Shown here in pieces: positions 7,959 through 20,936 of a DNA stretch of 64,000 nt. The notes beneath the pieces are model-generated. The model ran no database searches and was not told the origin of the DNA. It was given only the letters and a program-made list of their open reading frames with translations. Source of the DNA: Fimbriimonadales bacterium (GTDB taxonomy: Bacteria; Armatimonadota; Fimbriimonadia; Fimbriimonadales; GBS-DC); the NCBI GenBank assembly GCA_025061985.1, contig JANXAW010000023.1, positions 78,104-142,103 on the forward strand. The letters run 5' to 3'. Both the position numbers and the translations under genes were made by a program. Positions within the stretch are counted from its first letter, which is position 1. The number at the start of each line of letters is the position of its first letter.

Positions 7959-9238
7959 GCAAGACTGTGGGCTTAGCGCTGCTTGGTGCAGGCACCGTAG
8001 GTGGGGGCGTGCTTACCTTGCTGCAAGAGAACGCGGATCTGCTCTATGCGCAGACGGGCAAACGGTTCGTCGTACGCCACGTAGTGGTGCGCGACTTGAG
8101 CAAGCCCCGCACGATACCGATTCCTCCGAGGGTGCTCACCACAGATGCCCAGCGCGCCTTTGCTGACCCCAAGGTGAGCGTTGTGTTGGAGCTGATGGGC
8201 GGGCTGGAACCTGCACGCAGCTACATCCGCGAAGCCTTGCAGCGCGGTAAGCATGTCATCACGGCAAACAAACTGGTGATGGCAGTTGCAGGCGAGGAGC
8301 TGATACGCTTGGCACAGCAACAGCGTGTGCGCCTGCTTTATGAGGCAAGCGTTGCAGGCAGTTTGCCGATCCTTACTGCTTTGCAGGGTGCTTTGGCAGG
8401 CAACCGCATCACGCGCGTGGTGGGCATCGTAAATAGCACAACCAACTTCATTTTGCGTGAAATGGAGCGCGCCGTAGAGGCGAACGAACCCGCTGAGACC
8501 GCCTACGCCAACGCCCTACGCAAGGCTCAGGAACTTGGCTACGCCGAGGCTGACCCTACTAGCGATGTAGAGGGCTATGACGCGCAATACAAGACCGCTA
8601 TCTTAGCGCGCTTAGCGTTCCTGCAGTATGTGCCTGTGGAGAGTGTCTACCGAGAGGGAATCACCCACCTTAGCGGGCGCGACCTACTTTGGGCAGCGCG
8701 CCTTCAGATGGGGCTGAAACTGCTCAGCATCACCGAGCGGTTGCCTGATGGGAGGCTCTGCGCGCGGGTACATCCCACGCTTATCCCGCGTGAGCACCCC
8801 CTGTATGCCGTGCGTGGAGCGTTTAGTGGCGTGTGGCTGCAGGGCAATGGTTTTCAGGAGATGTTCTTCCACGGTTTTGGGGCAGGGGCGCGGGCGACCG
8901 CCAGTGCTGTGATCGGCGACTTGATTGAGATTGCTCGCCACCCACGCCCCTTGAAGCTGGAAGACCCCTCGCTGCGGGCAGGTGAGACCGCCCCCATTGA
9001 TGTCCTTACGATGCGCTACTACCTGCGTTTTCGTGCCCCCGACGAAGCGTCAGCGCAGCCCCTGCGCAACACGCTCACCTCGCTGGGCGCAAAACTCTAT
9101 CCGCCAGAGGTGCTGCCCGATGGCATAGAGCAAGTAGCGCTCACACCGCCGCTTCTTGAGAGTGACTTGCAACGCCAGCTAGCCGAATGGCGCCGACATA
9201 CTGCGCTCACAGTCCAGTGCATTCGGTTGTTGGAATAG
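7955..9238 (+). CDS. hom: Homoserine dehydrogenase
   Basis: Rossmann motif LLGAGTVGGGV, catalytic-domain blocks NFILREME...GYAEADPTSDVEGYD, and an ACT-like C-terminal domain. Confidence 0.9.
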   Translation: MSKTVGLALLGAGTVGGGVLTLLQENADLLYAQTGKRFVVRHVVVRDLSKPRTIPIPPRVLTTDAQRAFADPKVSVVLELMGGLEPARSYIREALQRGKHVITANKLVMAVAGEELIRLAQQQRVRLLYEASVAGSLPILTALQGALAGNRITRVVGIVNSTTNFILREMERAVEANEPAETAYANALRKAQELGYAEADPTSDVEGYDAQYKTAILARLAFLQYVPVESVYREGITHLSGRDLLWAARLQMGLKLLSITERLPDGRLCARVHPTLIPREHPLYAVRGAFSGVWLQGNGFQEMFFHGFGAGARATASAVIGDLIEIARHPRPLKLEDPSLRAGETAPIDVLTMRYYLRFRAPDEASAQPLRNTLTSLGAKLYPPEVLPDGIEQVALTPPLLESDLQRQLAEWRRHTALTVQCIRLLE

Positions 9239-9283
9239 CTCCAACTGCCAACAGGGTACAATTTCCCCCTTGAAGGAGGTTCC

Positions 9284-9616
9284 GTGCGACTGGACGAGTT
9301 CAAGCGGCTGGTGGAGGCTGAGTTTGGTCCTGGGCTGCGCAATGCGACACCTGCGAATGTACGCGAGTTTCTAGACAGGCTGCAGCAGGAAGCGTGGGTG
9401 CAACAGCGTTGTCTAAGCACTCGCTACGAGCTACCCCCTGCAAACACTTGTACCTTCGAGGAAGTGATGAAGCAGTTTTTTGCAGATGTGTTGGACTTAC
9501 CCCCCGAAAAGGCAGTGATTTTGCTGTGGACGCTGGCGTTAGAGCTTACGTATGCTGCCATTGAGCAGCAGTACGCTGAGGTGCTTGACCCCCTTTTCCG
9601 CACGGCAGAGGAGTAG
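9284..9616 (+). CDS. Hypothetical protein
   Basis: GTG start lies 4 nt after a GAAGGAGG site, with a TACAAT -10 at 9257-9262. I recognise no family. Confidence 0.45.
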   Translation: MRLDEFKRLVEAEFGPGLRNATPANVREFLDRLQQEAWVQQRCLSTRYELPPANTCTFEEVMKQFFADVLDLPPEKAVILLWTLALELTYAAIEQQYAEVLDPLFRTAEE

Positions 9617-9704
9617 GGACTACTGGCTGATGGCGTGTGTCGCTTGAGCAAAAAGCCCGCGCCGCCTTCACGCAGCGCGAGCTCTGGCAGAGTAGCTGCG
9701 AGGC

Positions 9705-10355
9705 TTAGCGACAGGTGCGACGACGCAGACCCACAAGGCTAGTCAGCGCCGTGGCTAACGCAATCAAGCTTGCTGGCTCTGGCACGGGACGAATCAACTC
9801 CCAATCAGTGAGGGTGAGGAATCCGGGCCCCAGGTCAAGCCATTGGTTTGGCCCGATTTGCGCTTGAATGTTGCCCGCAACCACGAAGTTAGGACCGTTG
9901 TTGTCCACAATTCGCCAAACGCGCGGTCCGTAGGCTTCAATAACGGCGTTGTTGATTCCCACGATGTCGCCGTTGGCGATTGCAGTGACCCCATGGAAGC
10001 GGAGAGCCATTGGCAGTATAGCCCCCGCAGGCACTTCAATCAGAGGGTAACCCGCAGCCAAAATAGTGGTCTGAGGAGTGGGCAGTGGGTTGATGTTCCC
10101 AGTCAATACCAGCGTAGAAGGGTTGAATCCTGATGGCAGTTGGTGCTGCAGTTGGTAGCTGTTGGTGGCTGTCTGGATAATCTCCACACTGGCGTTAGTC
10201 ACGCTGACAGTGGTGGAGAATCCCATCGAAGGCACGAGGAGGTTGCCACTTAGGTTCAATCTCCAGTCGTTGCCGTAGACGCTTAGGGCATGAGCGTTGA
10301 CCGTCAAAACCGCTGCAACCGCTACCAACCCCACAGCTCGGTTGATTGTTCGCAT
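9705..10355 (-). CDS. PEP-CTERM sorting-domain secreted protein
   Basis: Signal peptide MRTINRAVGLVAVAAVLTVNAHA. The C-terminus is VPEPASLIALATALTSLVGLRRR (PEP motif, TM helix, basic tail). ATG 10355 follows a GGGGGTGA site. Confidence 0.75.
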   Translation of the reverse strand: MRTINRAVGLVAVAAVLTVNAHALSVYGNDWRLNLSGNLLVPSMGFSTTVSVTNASVEIIQTATNSYQLQHQLPSGFNPSTLVLTGNINPLPTPQTTILAAGYPLIEVPAGAILPMALRFHGVTAIANGDIVGINNAVIEAYGPRVWRIVDNNGPNFVVAGNIQAQIGPNQWLDLGPGFLTLTDWELIRPVPEPASLIALATALTSLVGLRRRTCR

Positions 10356-10483
10356 CGTTTCACCCCCGCTTCGTAGTAGTTGGTACTTCGTTGGGGAGCA
10401 ACATCTGTGCCACAAGGGCTTACTGCCCCTGTCATAAATGTGAGGATTGCGTCAAACCCCACAATTTTGCAAGCATCGCCGAG

Positions 10484-10489
10484 TAGAAT
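10484..10489 (+). promoter_or_regulatory. -10-like TAGAAT 7 nt upstream of the thioesterase ATG
   Basis: GAGTAGAAT-TCACTTG-ATG. Confidence 0.35.
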
Positions 10490-10496
10490 TCACTTG

Positions 10497-10978
10497 ATGG
10501 AACCGCGAACTCCGTCGGAGACGGCAGTGACGCTTACTCAGGTGATGAATCCAGAGCATGCAAACCCGCTGGGCAACGTGCATGGCGGGTGGATTTTGAA
10601 GCTCATTGACGAAGCAGGGAGCATCGTTGCCTCGCGCCATGCGCGTCATCCTGCTGTGACGGTGGAGATAGACTCAGTCAGCTTCCGTGAGCCAGTGTAT
10701 GTGGGCAATCTTGTGCATGTGCAGGCGCGCATTGTGCGCGCTTGGCGCACCTCAATGGAAGTGGAGGCGATTGTAGAAGCGGAAGACCCTCTCACGGGCG
10801 AGCGGCGCATTACTTCGCATGCTTATTTGGTCTATGTGGCGCTTGATCGCGCGGGTCGCCCAACCCCCGTGCCCCCTGTGCAGCCAGAGACTGAAGAAGA
10901 GTGGCGTAAGTGGCACGAGGCAGAGCAGCGTCGCGCCGAGCGATTAGCCCGCCGCGAACGCGAACGGCTTTCAAGCCG

Positions 10979-10982
<4 letters not shown>
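10497..10982 (+). CDS. Acyl-CoA thioesterase (hotdog fold, YciA/BFIT-like)
   Basis: Carries the motif [29 protein letters not shown] 10497 was chosen; the longer ORF from 10380 would overlap the divergent upstream gene. Confidence 0.8.
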
Positions 10983-14026
<3,044 letters not shown>

Positions 14027-14115
14027 CCTCGCCTCCAAACGGGAGCAAGGTATATGATACCATATGTGAGGCTCACCCACGCCTTCGGCAGGTGAGGGGT
14101 GCCGCCGCACCTGCC

Positions 14116-15243
14116 TTATTCGATTTCAAACGCCTCAATCAGCGAGTTGTCTATCCGGTATGCTTCCACGCGCAGCGCTCCTTGTGCGGGCACGCGCACT
14201 TTGAGGTAGCAGTAAGTTTTCTCGCGTTTGGCAGTCCACGGCGTCGGTTCAGGCATCAGGTCATAGAGCGAGGCTCCGCCTCCGCCGCAGGTAACATACA
14301 CCACTCCTGCGCCTTGCTTGTAGCGCGTGCCTGACTTGACCACCGCCGTGTTGTTGCGCATTGGGTACATGCGCTCGTACACGTGGTCGTGCCCGTGAAT
14401 CACCAAGTCCACGCGGTAGCGGTCAAACAGGGGCTGAAAGCGGCGGATCATCGCTTGGTTGTTGCCGCGTCGGCGCGTAGAGCCGTAGAGGGGATGATGC
14501 GCAAACACGATGAGCCAGCGGATTGTGCGGTCGGCGCGGGCGCGCTGTAAGGCGCGCTCCAACCAAGCGTACTGCTGCTCATCCTTGCGCTCGTTGCTAT
14601 TGAATGCCACGAAACGCGCATTGCTGATGGTGAACTCATAGTACTGCCCGCGATTGGGCATGGCAAAGCGCGTCTCGGCAGCGACATAGCCGATGCGTTG
14701 CTCCCCAATCCGCTCGTTCTCGTGATTGCCGAAGCACACCATCACGGGGATTCGGGCAGCCAATACTTCCAGTTGCTCCAAGTAAGTGTCCCATACTTCC
14801 TGCCGCCCGTCGGCGTACGAGAGGTCTCCCACAATGAAGTGGAAGGTGGGGTTATGTGCCAGCACGTTGCGCGTGTTGCGAACGCTGTAGCGCGTCGTGC
14901 CGTGGTCGGCAAACGCGGTGAACACAAAGTCGTGTAGCCCTGCGCGGGGTGTCCGAAAGTCGTAGGCACGCGAGAAGCCACCTTCTGCACTGCCCACGCG
15001 GTAATAATACCGATGACCGGGTTTGAGGTCGGTGAGCAGGGCGCGGTAGATGGCGCCTGTCTCGTAGGGATAGCGCACGCGCTCCGCGACAGCACGCCTG
15101 CCCAGGTTCGGTGTCTCGCCATACTCCACCACCGGGTTTTTCACAGGCTGGCGTGTTTGCCAAGTGATGCTTATCTGCGTAAGAGGGTCTGCGCCGAACG
15201 CAATTCGCAACTGGCGTGGCTCTGTGCGCATGGCGTGGGGCAT
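14116..15243 (-). CDS. Purple-acid-phosphatase-like metallophosphoesterase
   Basis: Calcineurin-like motif series: [25 protein letters not shown]. Confidence 0.8.
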   Translation of the reverse strand: MPHAMRTEPRQLRIAFGADPLTQISITWQTRQPVKNPVVEYGETPNLGRRAVAERVRYPYETGAIYRALLTDLKPGHRYYYRVGSAEGGFSRAYDFRTPRAGLHDFVFTAFADHGTTRYSVRNTRNVLAHNPTFHFIVGDLSYADGRQEVWDTYLEQLEVLAARIPVMVCFGNHENERIGEQRIGYVAAETRFAMPNRGQYYEFTISNARFVAFNSNERKDEQQYAWLERALQRARADRTIRWLIVFAHHPLYGSTRRRGNNQAMIRRFQPLFDRYRVDLVIHGHDHVYERMYPMRNNTAVVKSGTRYKQGAGVVYVTCGGGGASLYDLMPEPTPWTAKREKTYCYLKVRVPAQGALRVEAYRIDNSLIEAFEIE

Positions 15244-15376
15244 GATTCACGAGCGCCTTATCGTGCCCTGCTGCACAAGCTGTAGGGGCGCGGTCTCCGC
15301 GCCCCGTCGTAAACCCTTGTGAAGCCGTCTTTTCAGACACCGATGCCTTGGTAGGGCATCGGCAGGATCACTGACG

Positions 15377-17119
15377 CTACGCTATCGGATAGCCGTCGCG
15401 TGCCAGCACGTGTTCGGCTAAGCGGTTGGCAGCCTCAACCGCGTTGAAGCGCGGGATTGGTACGCGCGGCACTGGCTCGTTGATGCCCAGCGCCCCGTAA
15501 ATGAGGTCTAACTTGTCGTTTAGCTGTAGTGCGCCTTCACGTGCGAAGAGCAGCGCCATCAGTTCGCCCGCGTTGACATTTGAGCCGCGCAGTTTGGGTA
15601 GGCGTGCCAAGATGCTGTCCAGACCATACAGGTACACTGCCATCTCCGCAATGGCAGCGGCGACTTCTTGTCGCTGTTCGCGCAAATGCTCACCGTAGGC
15701 TCCCCATGCTCGCTGGAATGCCAGCAGGGTCGCAGCGCGAAACTGCTGAGCGAGCGTGCACAAAGCATCCTGCGCGGTAGTATCAGCCACTGACAGCTCG
15801 CCGTTGCGCAGAGTCTTTGCCTGAGTACGCGCTTCTTCCAGCAGCGGTAGCCCGGCGCGCTGCATTTGTCGTATCAGATGTTGCGTGAAGTTGAGGCGAT
15901 TGATTTCGTTTGTGCCCTCGTAGATGCGAGGCACGCGCGATTCGCGAAAGATTTTCGCGATTGGGAAGTCCTCCGTGTAGCCGTAGCCGCCGTGAATCTG
16001 CACCCCTTCATCGGCGCATAGGTATTGCACTTCTGTTCCGTAGAACTTGAGTAGGGCACACTCGCCCGCGTACTCAGAGGCTGCCTCGCGATAGCGCAGA
16101 TGCAGTTCGGGATAGTCAGGTGGCAAGTCATGCAGTGGCTCAAACCACGCTTGGATTAAGTGTCCCGTGCGGTAGAGCATGCTTTCCAGCGCGAACAGAT
16201 GGGTTGCCATTAGCGCGAGCTTGCGTCGAATAAGCCCAAAGTTGGCAATTGGTTGTCCAAACTGGTGGCGGTCTTTGGCGTAGCGGGTTGCTAACTCAAG
16301 CGCGTATTTACCTGTGCCCAACGCGCTGGCTGCCATCTTGTAGCGTCCGAGGTTCAGTGTGTTGAGCGCGATGTAGTGGGCTTTGCCGACCTCGCCAAGC
16401 AGGTTCTCTGCGGGCACGAACACGTTTTCAAACGCTACGCGGCGCGTGCTGGAGCCGTGCAGACCGATTTTATGTTCTTCGCGCCCCAAGTGTACGCCGG
16501 GGTAAGTGCGCTCTACGAGGAACGCTGTGAACTGCTCGCCGTTGAGTTTTGCGAAGACCGTAAACAGGTCGGCGAAGCCTGCGTTGGTCACCCACATCTT
16601 CTCGCCGTTGAGGATGTAGCCGCCGTTGGTGGGAGTGGCGCGGGTACGCATGGCTAGGGCATCGGAGCCGCTGGCGGGTTCGCTCAGGCAAAACGAGCCG
16701 CACCACTCACCTGATGCCAGCTTAGGCAAGTATCGCTCTTTTTGCTGGGGCTTGCCCTCCAACACAAGGGGTAGGATTGCCAACCCCGCGTGCGCCTGAA
16801 GCGTAAGGCACGTTGCTGGTTCAGGACCCAACTTCTCCACGATCAGAGCGACGGTAGTTTTAGGCAGGTCTAAACCGCCATAGTGGGTGGGCACTTCGGC
16901 AGCGGTAAAGCCCAGCTTGCCCATTTTGCGGTCTAATTCGCGCATCAAGCCCTCTTTGGCTTGCTCGATTTCGGGTAGCAGGGGCAACACCTCGTTGCGC
17001 ACGAAGTCCTCGGCAGCTTTACCCATTAGGCGGGCTTCAGTGTCAAAGTCCTCGGGGGTAAACACTTCGCTGGAGCAAGCAGGCTGGATCATAAAGGTGC
17101 CGCTGCGTTGCTTAGCCAT
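15377..17119 (-). CDS. Acyl-CoA dehydrogenase (long form with C-terminal extension)
   Basis: ACAD blocks are present: FCLSEPASGSDA, WVTNAGFADLF, IHGGYGYTEDFPI..RIYEGTNEI. Confidence 0.9.
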   Translation of the reverse strand: MAKQRSGTFMIQPACSSEVFTPEDFDTEARLMGKAAEDFVRNEVLPLLPEIEQAKEGLMRELDRKMGKLGFTAAEVPTHYGGLDLPKTTVALIVEKLGPEPATCLTLQAHAGLAILPLVLEGKPQQKERYLPKLASGEWCGSFCLSEPASGSDALAMRTRATPTNGGYILNGEKMWVTNAGFADLFTVFAKLNGEQFTAFLVERTYPGVHLGREEHKIGLHGSSTRRVAFENVFVPAENLLGEVGKAHYIALNTLNLGRYKMAASALGTGKYALELATRYAKDRHQFGQPIANFGLIRRKLALMATHLFALESMLYRTGHLIQAWFEPLHDLPPDYPELHLRYREAASEYAGECALLKFYGTEVQYLCADEGVQIHGGYGYTEDFPIAKIFRESRVPRIYEGTNEINRLNFTQHLIRQMQRAGLPLLEEARTQAKTLRNGELSVADTTAQDALCTLAQQFRAATLLAFQRAWGAYGEHLREQRQEVAAAIAEMAVYLYGLDSILARLPKLRGSNVNAGELMALLFAREGALQLNDKLDLIYGALGINEPVPRVPIPRFNAVEAANRLAEHVLARDGYPIA

Positions 17120-17193
17120 CGTCGATCACTCCTTCCGTTGGTGCAGGTGATTATACCGCGACGGCTTGCTCTGGCGCCTATGCAAAAGCATTT

Positions 17194-17229
17194 GCGGAGG
17201 GGCAGAGCTGCCCCTCCGCGGATTTTTTG
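17194..17229. terminator. GC-rich hairpin terminator (bidirectional candidate)
   Basis: GCGGAGGGGCAG-AG-CTGCCCCTCCGC is followed by GGATTTTTTG on the + strand. On the - strand it lies 50 nt downstream of the dockerin-protein stop and is followed by AAATGCTTTTG. Confidence 0.6.
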
Positions 17230-17277
17230 CACCTGCCTCCAAGCGGTGAGCTTGAGGCAAGCGGTTAGGGCGTGCTC

Positions 17278-19176
17278 TTATCCGCCGCAGCCGAAGTTGA
17301 ACAGCACGATGAGTAGGTCAGCGTTGTTGACCGTACCATCGTTGTTCACATCGCCCGGCAGCCCGAAGCCCGACTGACCGAAGTTGAAGAGCGCGATCAG
17401 CAGGTCTGCGTTGTTCACGCGCCCGTCGTTGTTCGCATCGCCCGGGCAAGCAGGCTCTTGACAGCCGCTTGGTCGGACGAAGTAGGCGCCACGCAGCCTA
17501 ATGGTGTACGCGCCACCGCTAGCCGTCTCGCCTGTCCAGCCTGCTAGCGGGTTGTTCGCACCTGGACCATCGGGGCAGCGGATTGTGCCGAAGGGCGTGT
17601 TGTTCCAAATCAGCTGGCCATTGGCGTCCACTGCGTCGCGGTTGTAGCGGCTGATACCCAAGATGTAGATCCCCGGTTGCTGGATGCAGTTGGTGCTGTT
17701 ATCAATGCGCGACTGGAATCCACCACTATCGTCGTTGAACACCACGCCAGTGCCGTCGCAGCGGAACAGCCAAAGCTGGGTGTCCCACGTAGCGCCGCCA
17801 ACAGTGGTGGCGACGAATCGTGCTGGGTCGGTAATGCAGATGACAAAGAGGTCTACATCGTTAGCGTCATTGGTGCCCATGATGGGGCTCACTAGCGTCT
17901 CGCATGGAGTAGCCGTGGAGGAGTGCACGATTTGAGCCGTGTTTACGAGGTCACCAGCATCGCCGCCGCCGTTGCTGGTCTCATCCCACGGTTGATAGGG
18001 TGACGGCGGACAGTCGTTAGGATCACCCGGATTGGCGCCTTGCGCACCAGAGAGGAAGATAATGTAGCTACCACCTGCGCTGGGTTCGCCGACCCAGCTT
18101 TTTACGCGCGAGTTTGCCTCGGGTCCGTCGGGACAACGCATCGCACCATATGGCGTGTCGTTCCAGATCCGTTCGTCCTCGCAGCCGATAGGATCACGAT
18201 TGAACCGCGTGATTGCCAAGTAGTAAAGACCCGGCCCAGGGATGCACCCTGTGGAGTTGTCGATCCGAGAGAGCTCTCCGCTCCCCGTGTCGTCATTGTG
18301 CACAACACCTCTGCCGTTCGCATCGAACAGGAACAGCTGCGTGTCAAAGGTTGCTTGACCCGGGATGCAGACTCCTTGAGGCGCAAGCGTGGACGCAGAG
18401 AAAGCGGCGGGGTCAGTGATGTAGATGGCGTACACATCGGTATCGGCTGCGCCCAAGGTGCCCCGAATGGCAGTCAGTGCGCCGCTGGGCGTTGCTTGAG
18501 CTGTCTCGGGCAGCTCACCTGCATCACCTTGCTCTTCGTACCCCGTGAAGGGCGGTACATTGCCGAAAGCAAAGGTGAGCGTGCCGCTGTCCCAGTTGCC
18601 ATCTTGACCGCAGTTACGGAAGTCGTCGAAGGTCTCGAAAAACTCTAAGTACAGCCTCCCATCGGGCAAGGGAATGGGGGGTAGGCTGTACACGTTGCAC
18701 AGGTCGTTCACACCGTTGCTGGAATAGCTTCGCGTACCTGCGGACCCATCCCTTGCGCCGGGGCGCAGCACGTAGCCTTCGCCGTTCACATTGGTGACAA
18801 GCACCGCGATTTCGCTCAGCCAGCTAGGCGAGAAGGCGGTCAGCTGCACCTCCCAGCCAATCCCGGTCCACGCCGCTTTACCAGCGGGCGCCTCAACTAC
18901 CCTGCGTATATTGCAGCTCGCTCCGCGCCCATCGTAGCTGGGCGTGTTGCTCACATCAAGCGTGACCGTGCCGCCCGAAGCGGGGTAAAAGTCGCTGTAG
19001 GGCACGTACTGGCTTGGATCGCGGGGTCCAACATTCACAGGCACGATTTGCAAGTTCTGGGGCACGCTGAGCTTCTCGTTGGGATCAGGTTTCTCGCCTA
19101 CCAATCCTTTCTGCGCAAAACCAATGCCACTTAGCGCTAACGCGCTCACAAGCACTATGCTCAATGCCCGCCACAT
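17278..19176 (-). CDS. Secreted protein with two PPC-like repeat domains and a C-terminal dockerin-type repeat pair
   Basis: ATG 19176 lies 7 nt after a GGAGG site, followed by signal peptide MWRALSIVLVSALALSGIGFAQ. Two internal domains of about 160 aa are paralogous. The C-terminus reads DANNDGRVNNADLLIALFNFG...DVNNDGTVNNADLLIVLFNFG. Confidence 0.7.
   Translation of the reverse strand: MWRALSIVLVSALALSGIGFAQKGLVGEKPDPNEKLSVPQNLQIVPVNVGPRDPSQYVPYSDFYPASGGTVTLDVSNTPSYDGRGASCNIRRVVEAPAGKAAWTGIGWEVQLTAFSPSWLSEIAVLVTNVNGEGYVLRPGARDGSAGTRSYSSNGVNDLCNVYSLPPIPLPDGRLYLEFFETFDDFRNCGQDGNWDSGTLTFAFGNVPPFTGYEEQGDAGELPETAQATPSGALTAIRGTLGAADTDVYAIYITDPAAFSASTLAPQGVCIPGQATFDTQLFLFDANGRGVVHNDDTGSGELSRIDNSTGCIPGPGLYYLAITRFNRDPIGCEDERIWNDTPYGAMRCPDGPEANSRVKSWVGEPSAGGSYIIFLSGAQGANPGDPNDCPPSPYQPWDETSNGGGDAGDLVNTAQIVHSSTATPCETLVSPIMGTNDANDVDLFVICITDPARFVATTVGGATWDTQLWLFRCDGTGVVFNDDSGGFQSRIDNSTNCIQQPGIYILGISRYNRDAVDANGQLIWNNTPFGTIRCPDGPGANNPLAGWTGETASGGAYTIRLRGAYFVRPSGCQEPACPGDANNDGRVNNADLLIALFNFGQSGFGLPGDVNNDGTVNNADLLIVLFNFGCGG
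17479..17964 (-). repeat. Internal protein-domain repeat 2 (PPC-like) of the dockerin-tailed protein
   Basis: GDAGDLVNTAQ...NDVDLFVICITDPARFVA...WDTQLWLFRCDGTGVVFNDD...RIDNSTNCI...RCPDGPGAN. Confidence 0.6.
18043..18528 (-). repeat. Internal protein-domain repeat 1 (PPC-like) of the dockerin-tailed protein
   Basis: GDAGELPETAQ...DTDVYAIYITDPAAFSA...FDTQLFLFDANGRGVVHNDD...RIDNSTGCI...RCPDGPEAN aligns by eye with repeat 2. Confidence 0.6.
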
Positions 19177-19316
19177 AGTGTAGCCTCCTCTCGCGGATGC
19201 AAAAAGTATTACCCCATTGTACCCCATCTGCCCACTGCTTTTGCCTTGTTTCGGCAAAAATGATGGGCTTTGCCTAAGATAACGGTTTGTGTGGGATATA
19301 ATCCAGTGCGCAGGGG

Positions 19317-20936
19317 GTGCATCTTAGCGTGTCTGAGCCGGGTGGCTCGGGTGTGATGACAGATGGTCGGTGGGATGGGCGCGAGCCGATTTTCCACGAT
19401 GTGCCCTTTGAGCAAAGCGAATGGGCAGCGCTGCACGCTACGCTGGCGCAAGTGAACCCAGTCAAGGCAGAGTTAGTGCGCGTGCAGTACGAGACGGTGC
19501 GCATTGCCTACCGAAATTATCGCGAGGCTCTCAACGAGGAGCGAGAACGCTACCAAAAGCAGCGCGAAATCGACCTTGAGTACAACGCTCGGCTACACGG
19601 CGAACGAGCGAGACTACTCAGCCAGATAGAAGGGATTCGCCATCAGCGAGAGCCAGAGTTAGATGCTCTACGACGCCAGCTCGATGAAGCGCGGTTGCAA
19701 GCCTTTCGCCTTGCTGCACGCACAGGCGTTCAACTGCGCGAAGACCCAGAGGCAGGGCTGGAAATTGTGAACCCTTCCCAACCTCCTGAGGCTTCTTTGC
19801 AGAAGGAGGAAAGCTCGGAGCCCCGCTCCAGAAACCTGCCGTTGGTTGCGCGCTTCTGGAGGCGATCGCCCCAGAGGGTCGCTCCATCAGCAACTGATGT
19901 GCCTGCTTTCGCGGATGCTACGCCACTTGCACCCCTTACCCCAGAAGAGGTAGCACACGCACCCCAACTTCCCACAAACCACGCCCCTGCTGCGCCGCCA
20001 TGGCTCCCGTGGGGTGCTACAATTGCCGTAGGGCTGGCACTGGGGCAGATTTTGCTGGCGGCGATGGAGCATCCTTGGGGGGCGTGGCAATCGCCGACGT
20101 TCTGGATTGCCTCGATCGCGGGCGTGCTGATTGGGATCGTGTGGTACCGCGCGGTATGGAGCCTCAGTCGCGCCATCACCGAGTTATACTACTTGCACGA
20201 TTGGGAGGCACGCAAGGCGCATCGTGCAGCATGGCTAGGCGGTGGCGTGCTGATAGTGGTGCTGCTGTTGCCTATGACTGCGCTGCTCATGGCGATTATG
20301 CGCTTGCCCGCAGCCGGGGCAGCGGATAGCCTCTTACTGGCAGTGCTTACCACTGTGCTGACTGTGCCTTTGTTGGCGCTGGCGCTGGTAGGAGGCTACT
20401 TTTATGGACGAGCTGCAGTTGTTCACAACATCATTCAAAGCAAGGTAACTGCAGCGCTACGGGAGCATCAGCATGCTGAGCATGCTCAAACACGTGCCGC
20501 GGCAGCATCCGAATCGCCTGAGAGCGACGATTTGCCACGCGGCGCCGACGAGAACGAGAAGCTCACTCCTCAGCCTCCTGCTAACCACTCTTCACCTACG
20601 CCAGTTTCGGAGTCGCCCCGCTCGTCTTCGCCCCCTGCCGAGGTGCGCGAGGCTGTTGCAGAGGTGCGTGCCCTGCATAAGGCATGGCTTCGCCTTCAGG
20701 CGGTTAGGCAGGAGGAGTTGTCGCCCTATGAGCGTTTGCTGAACGAGATGCAGCCGCGCCCGATTTACGACTACCTGCCGCCCCACGCGGAACGACGCAT
20801 TGGGGTACTGTACGCGCAGTGGCTCAAGGCTTATGTCGCCTTTTTGGACTATGTGGGCGAAGCCGTGCGCGAGTGCAAGGACGGCGAACAGTTGCAGCAG
20901 CGGATTAGCGCGTTTAGGCAAGCTATAGAGCGTTAG
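19317..20936 (+). CDS. Hypothetical membrane protein (N-terminal coiled coil, about 4 TM helices, acidic/Pro-rich linker, helical C-terminus)
   Basis: Long ORF preceded by TATAAT at 19297-19302. The start is uncertain (GTG 19317 or ATG 19356). I recognise no family. Confidence 0.5.
   Translation: MHLSVSEPGGSGVMTDGRWDGREPIFHDVPFEQSEWAALHATLAQVNPVKAELVRVQYETVRIAYRNYREALNEERERYQKQREIDLEYNARLHGERARLLSQIEGIRHQREPELDALRRQLDEARLQAFRLAARTGVQLREDPEAGLEIVNPSQPPEASLQKEESSEPRSRNLPLVARFWRRSPQRVAPSATDVPAFADATPLAPLTPEEVAHAPQLPTNHAPAAPPWLPWGATIAVGLALGQILLAAMEHPWGAWQSPTFWIASIAGVLIGIVWYRAVWSLSRAITELYYLHDWEARKAHRAAWLGGGVLIVVLLLPMTALLMAIMRLPAAGAADSLLLAVLTTVLTVPLLALALVGGYFYGRAAVVHNIIQSKVTAALREHQHAEHAQTRAAAASESPESDDLPRGADENEKLTPQPPANHSSPTPVSESPRSSSPPAEVREAVAEVRALHKAWLRLQAVRQEELSPYERLLNEMQPRPIYDYLPPHAERRIGVLYAQWLKAYVAFLDYVGEAVRECKDGEQLQQRISAFRQAIER

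Noticed and set aside
14092-14103. 12-mer GTGAGGGGTGCC shared with 59572-59583 upstream of dnaA
   Set aside because: Repeated 12-mers are expected many times by chance in 64 kb. The flanks do not extend the match convincingly, so it is not treated as a repeat family.
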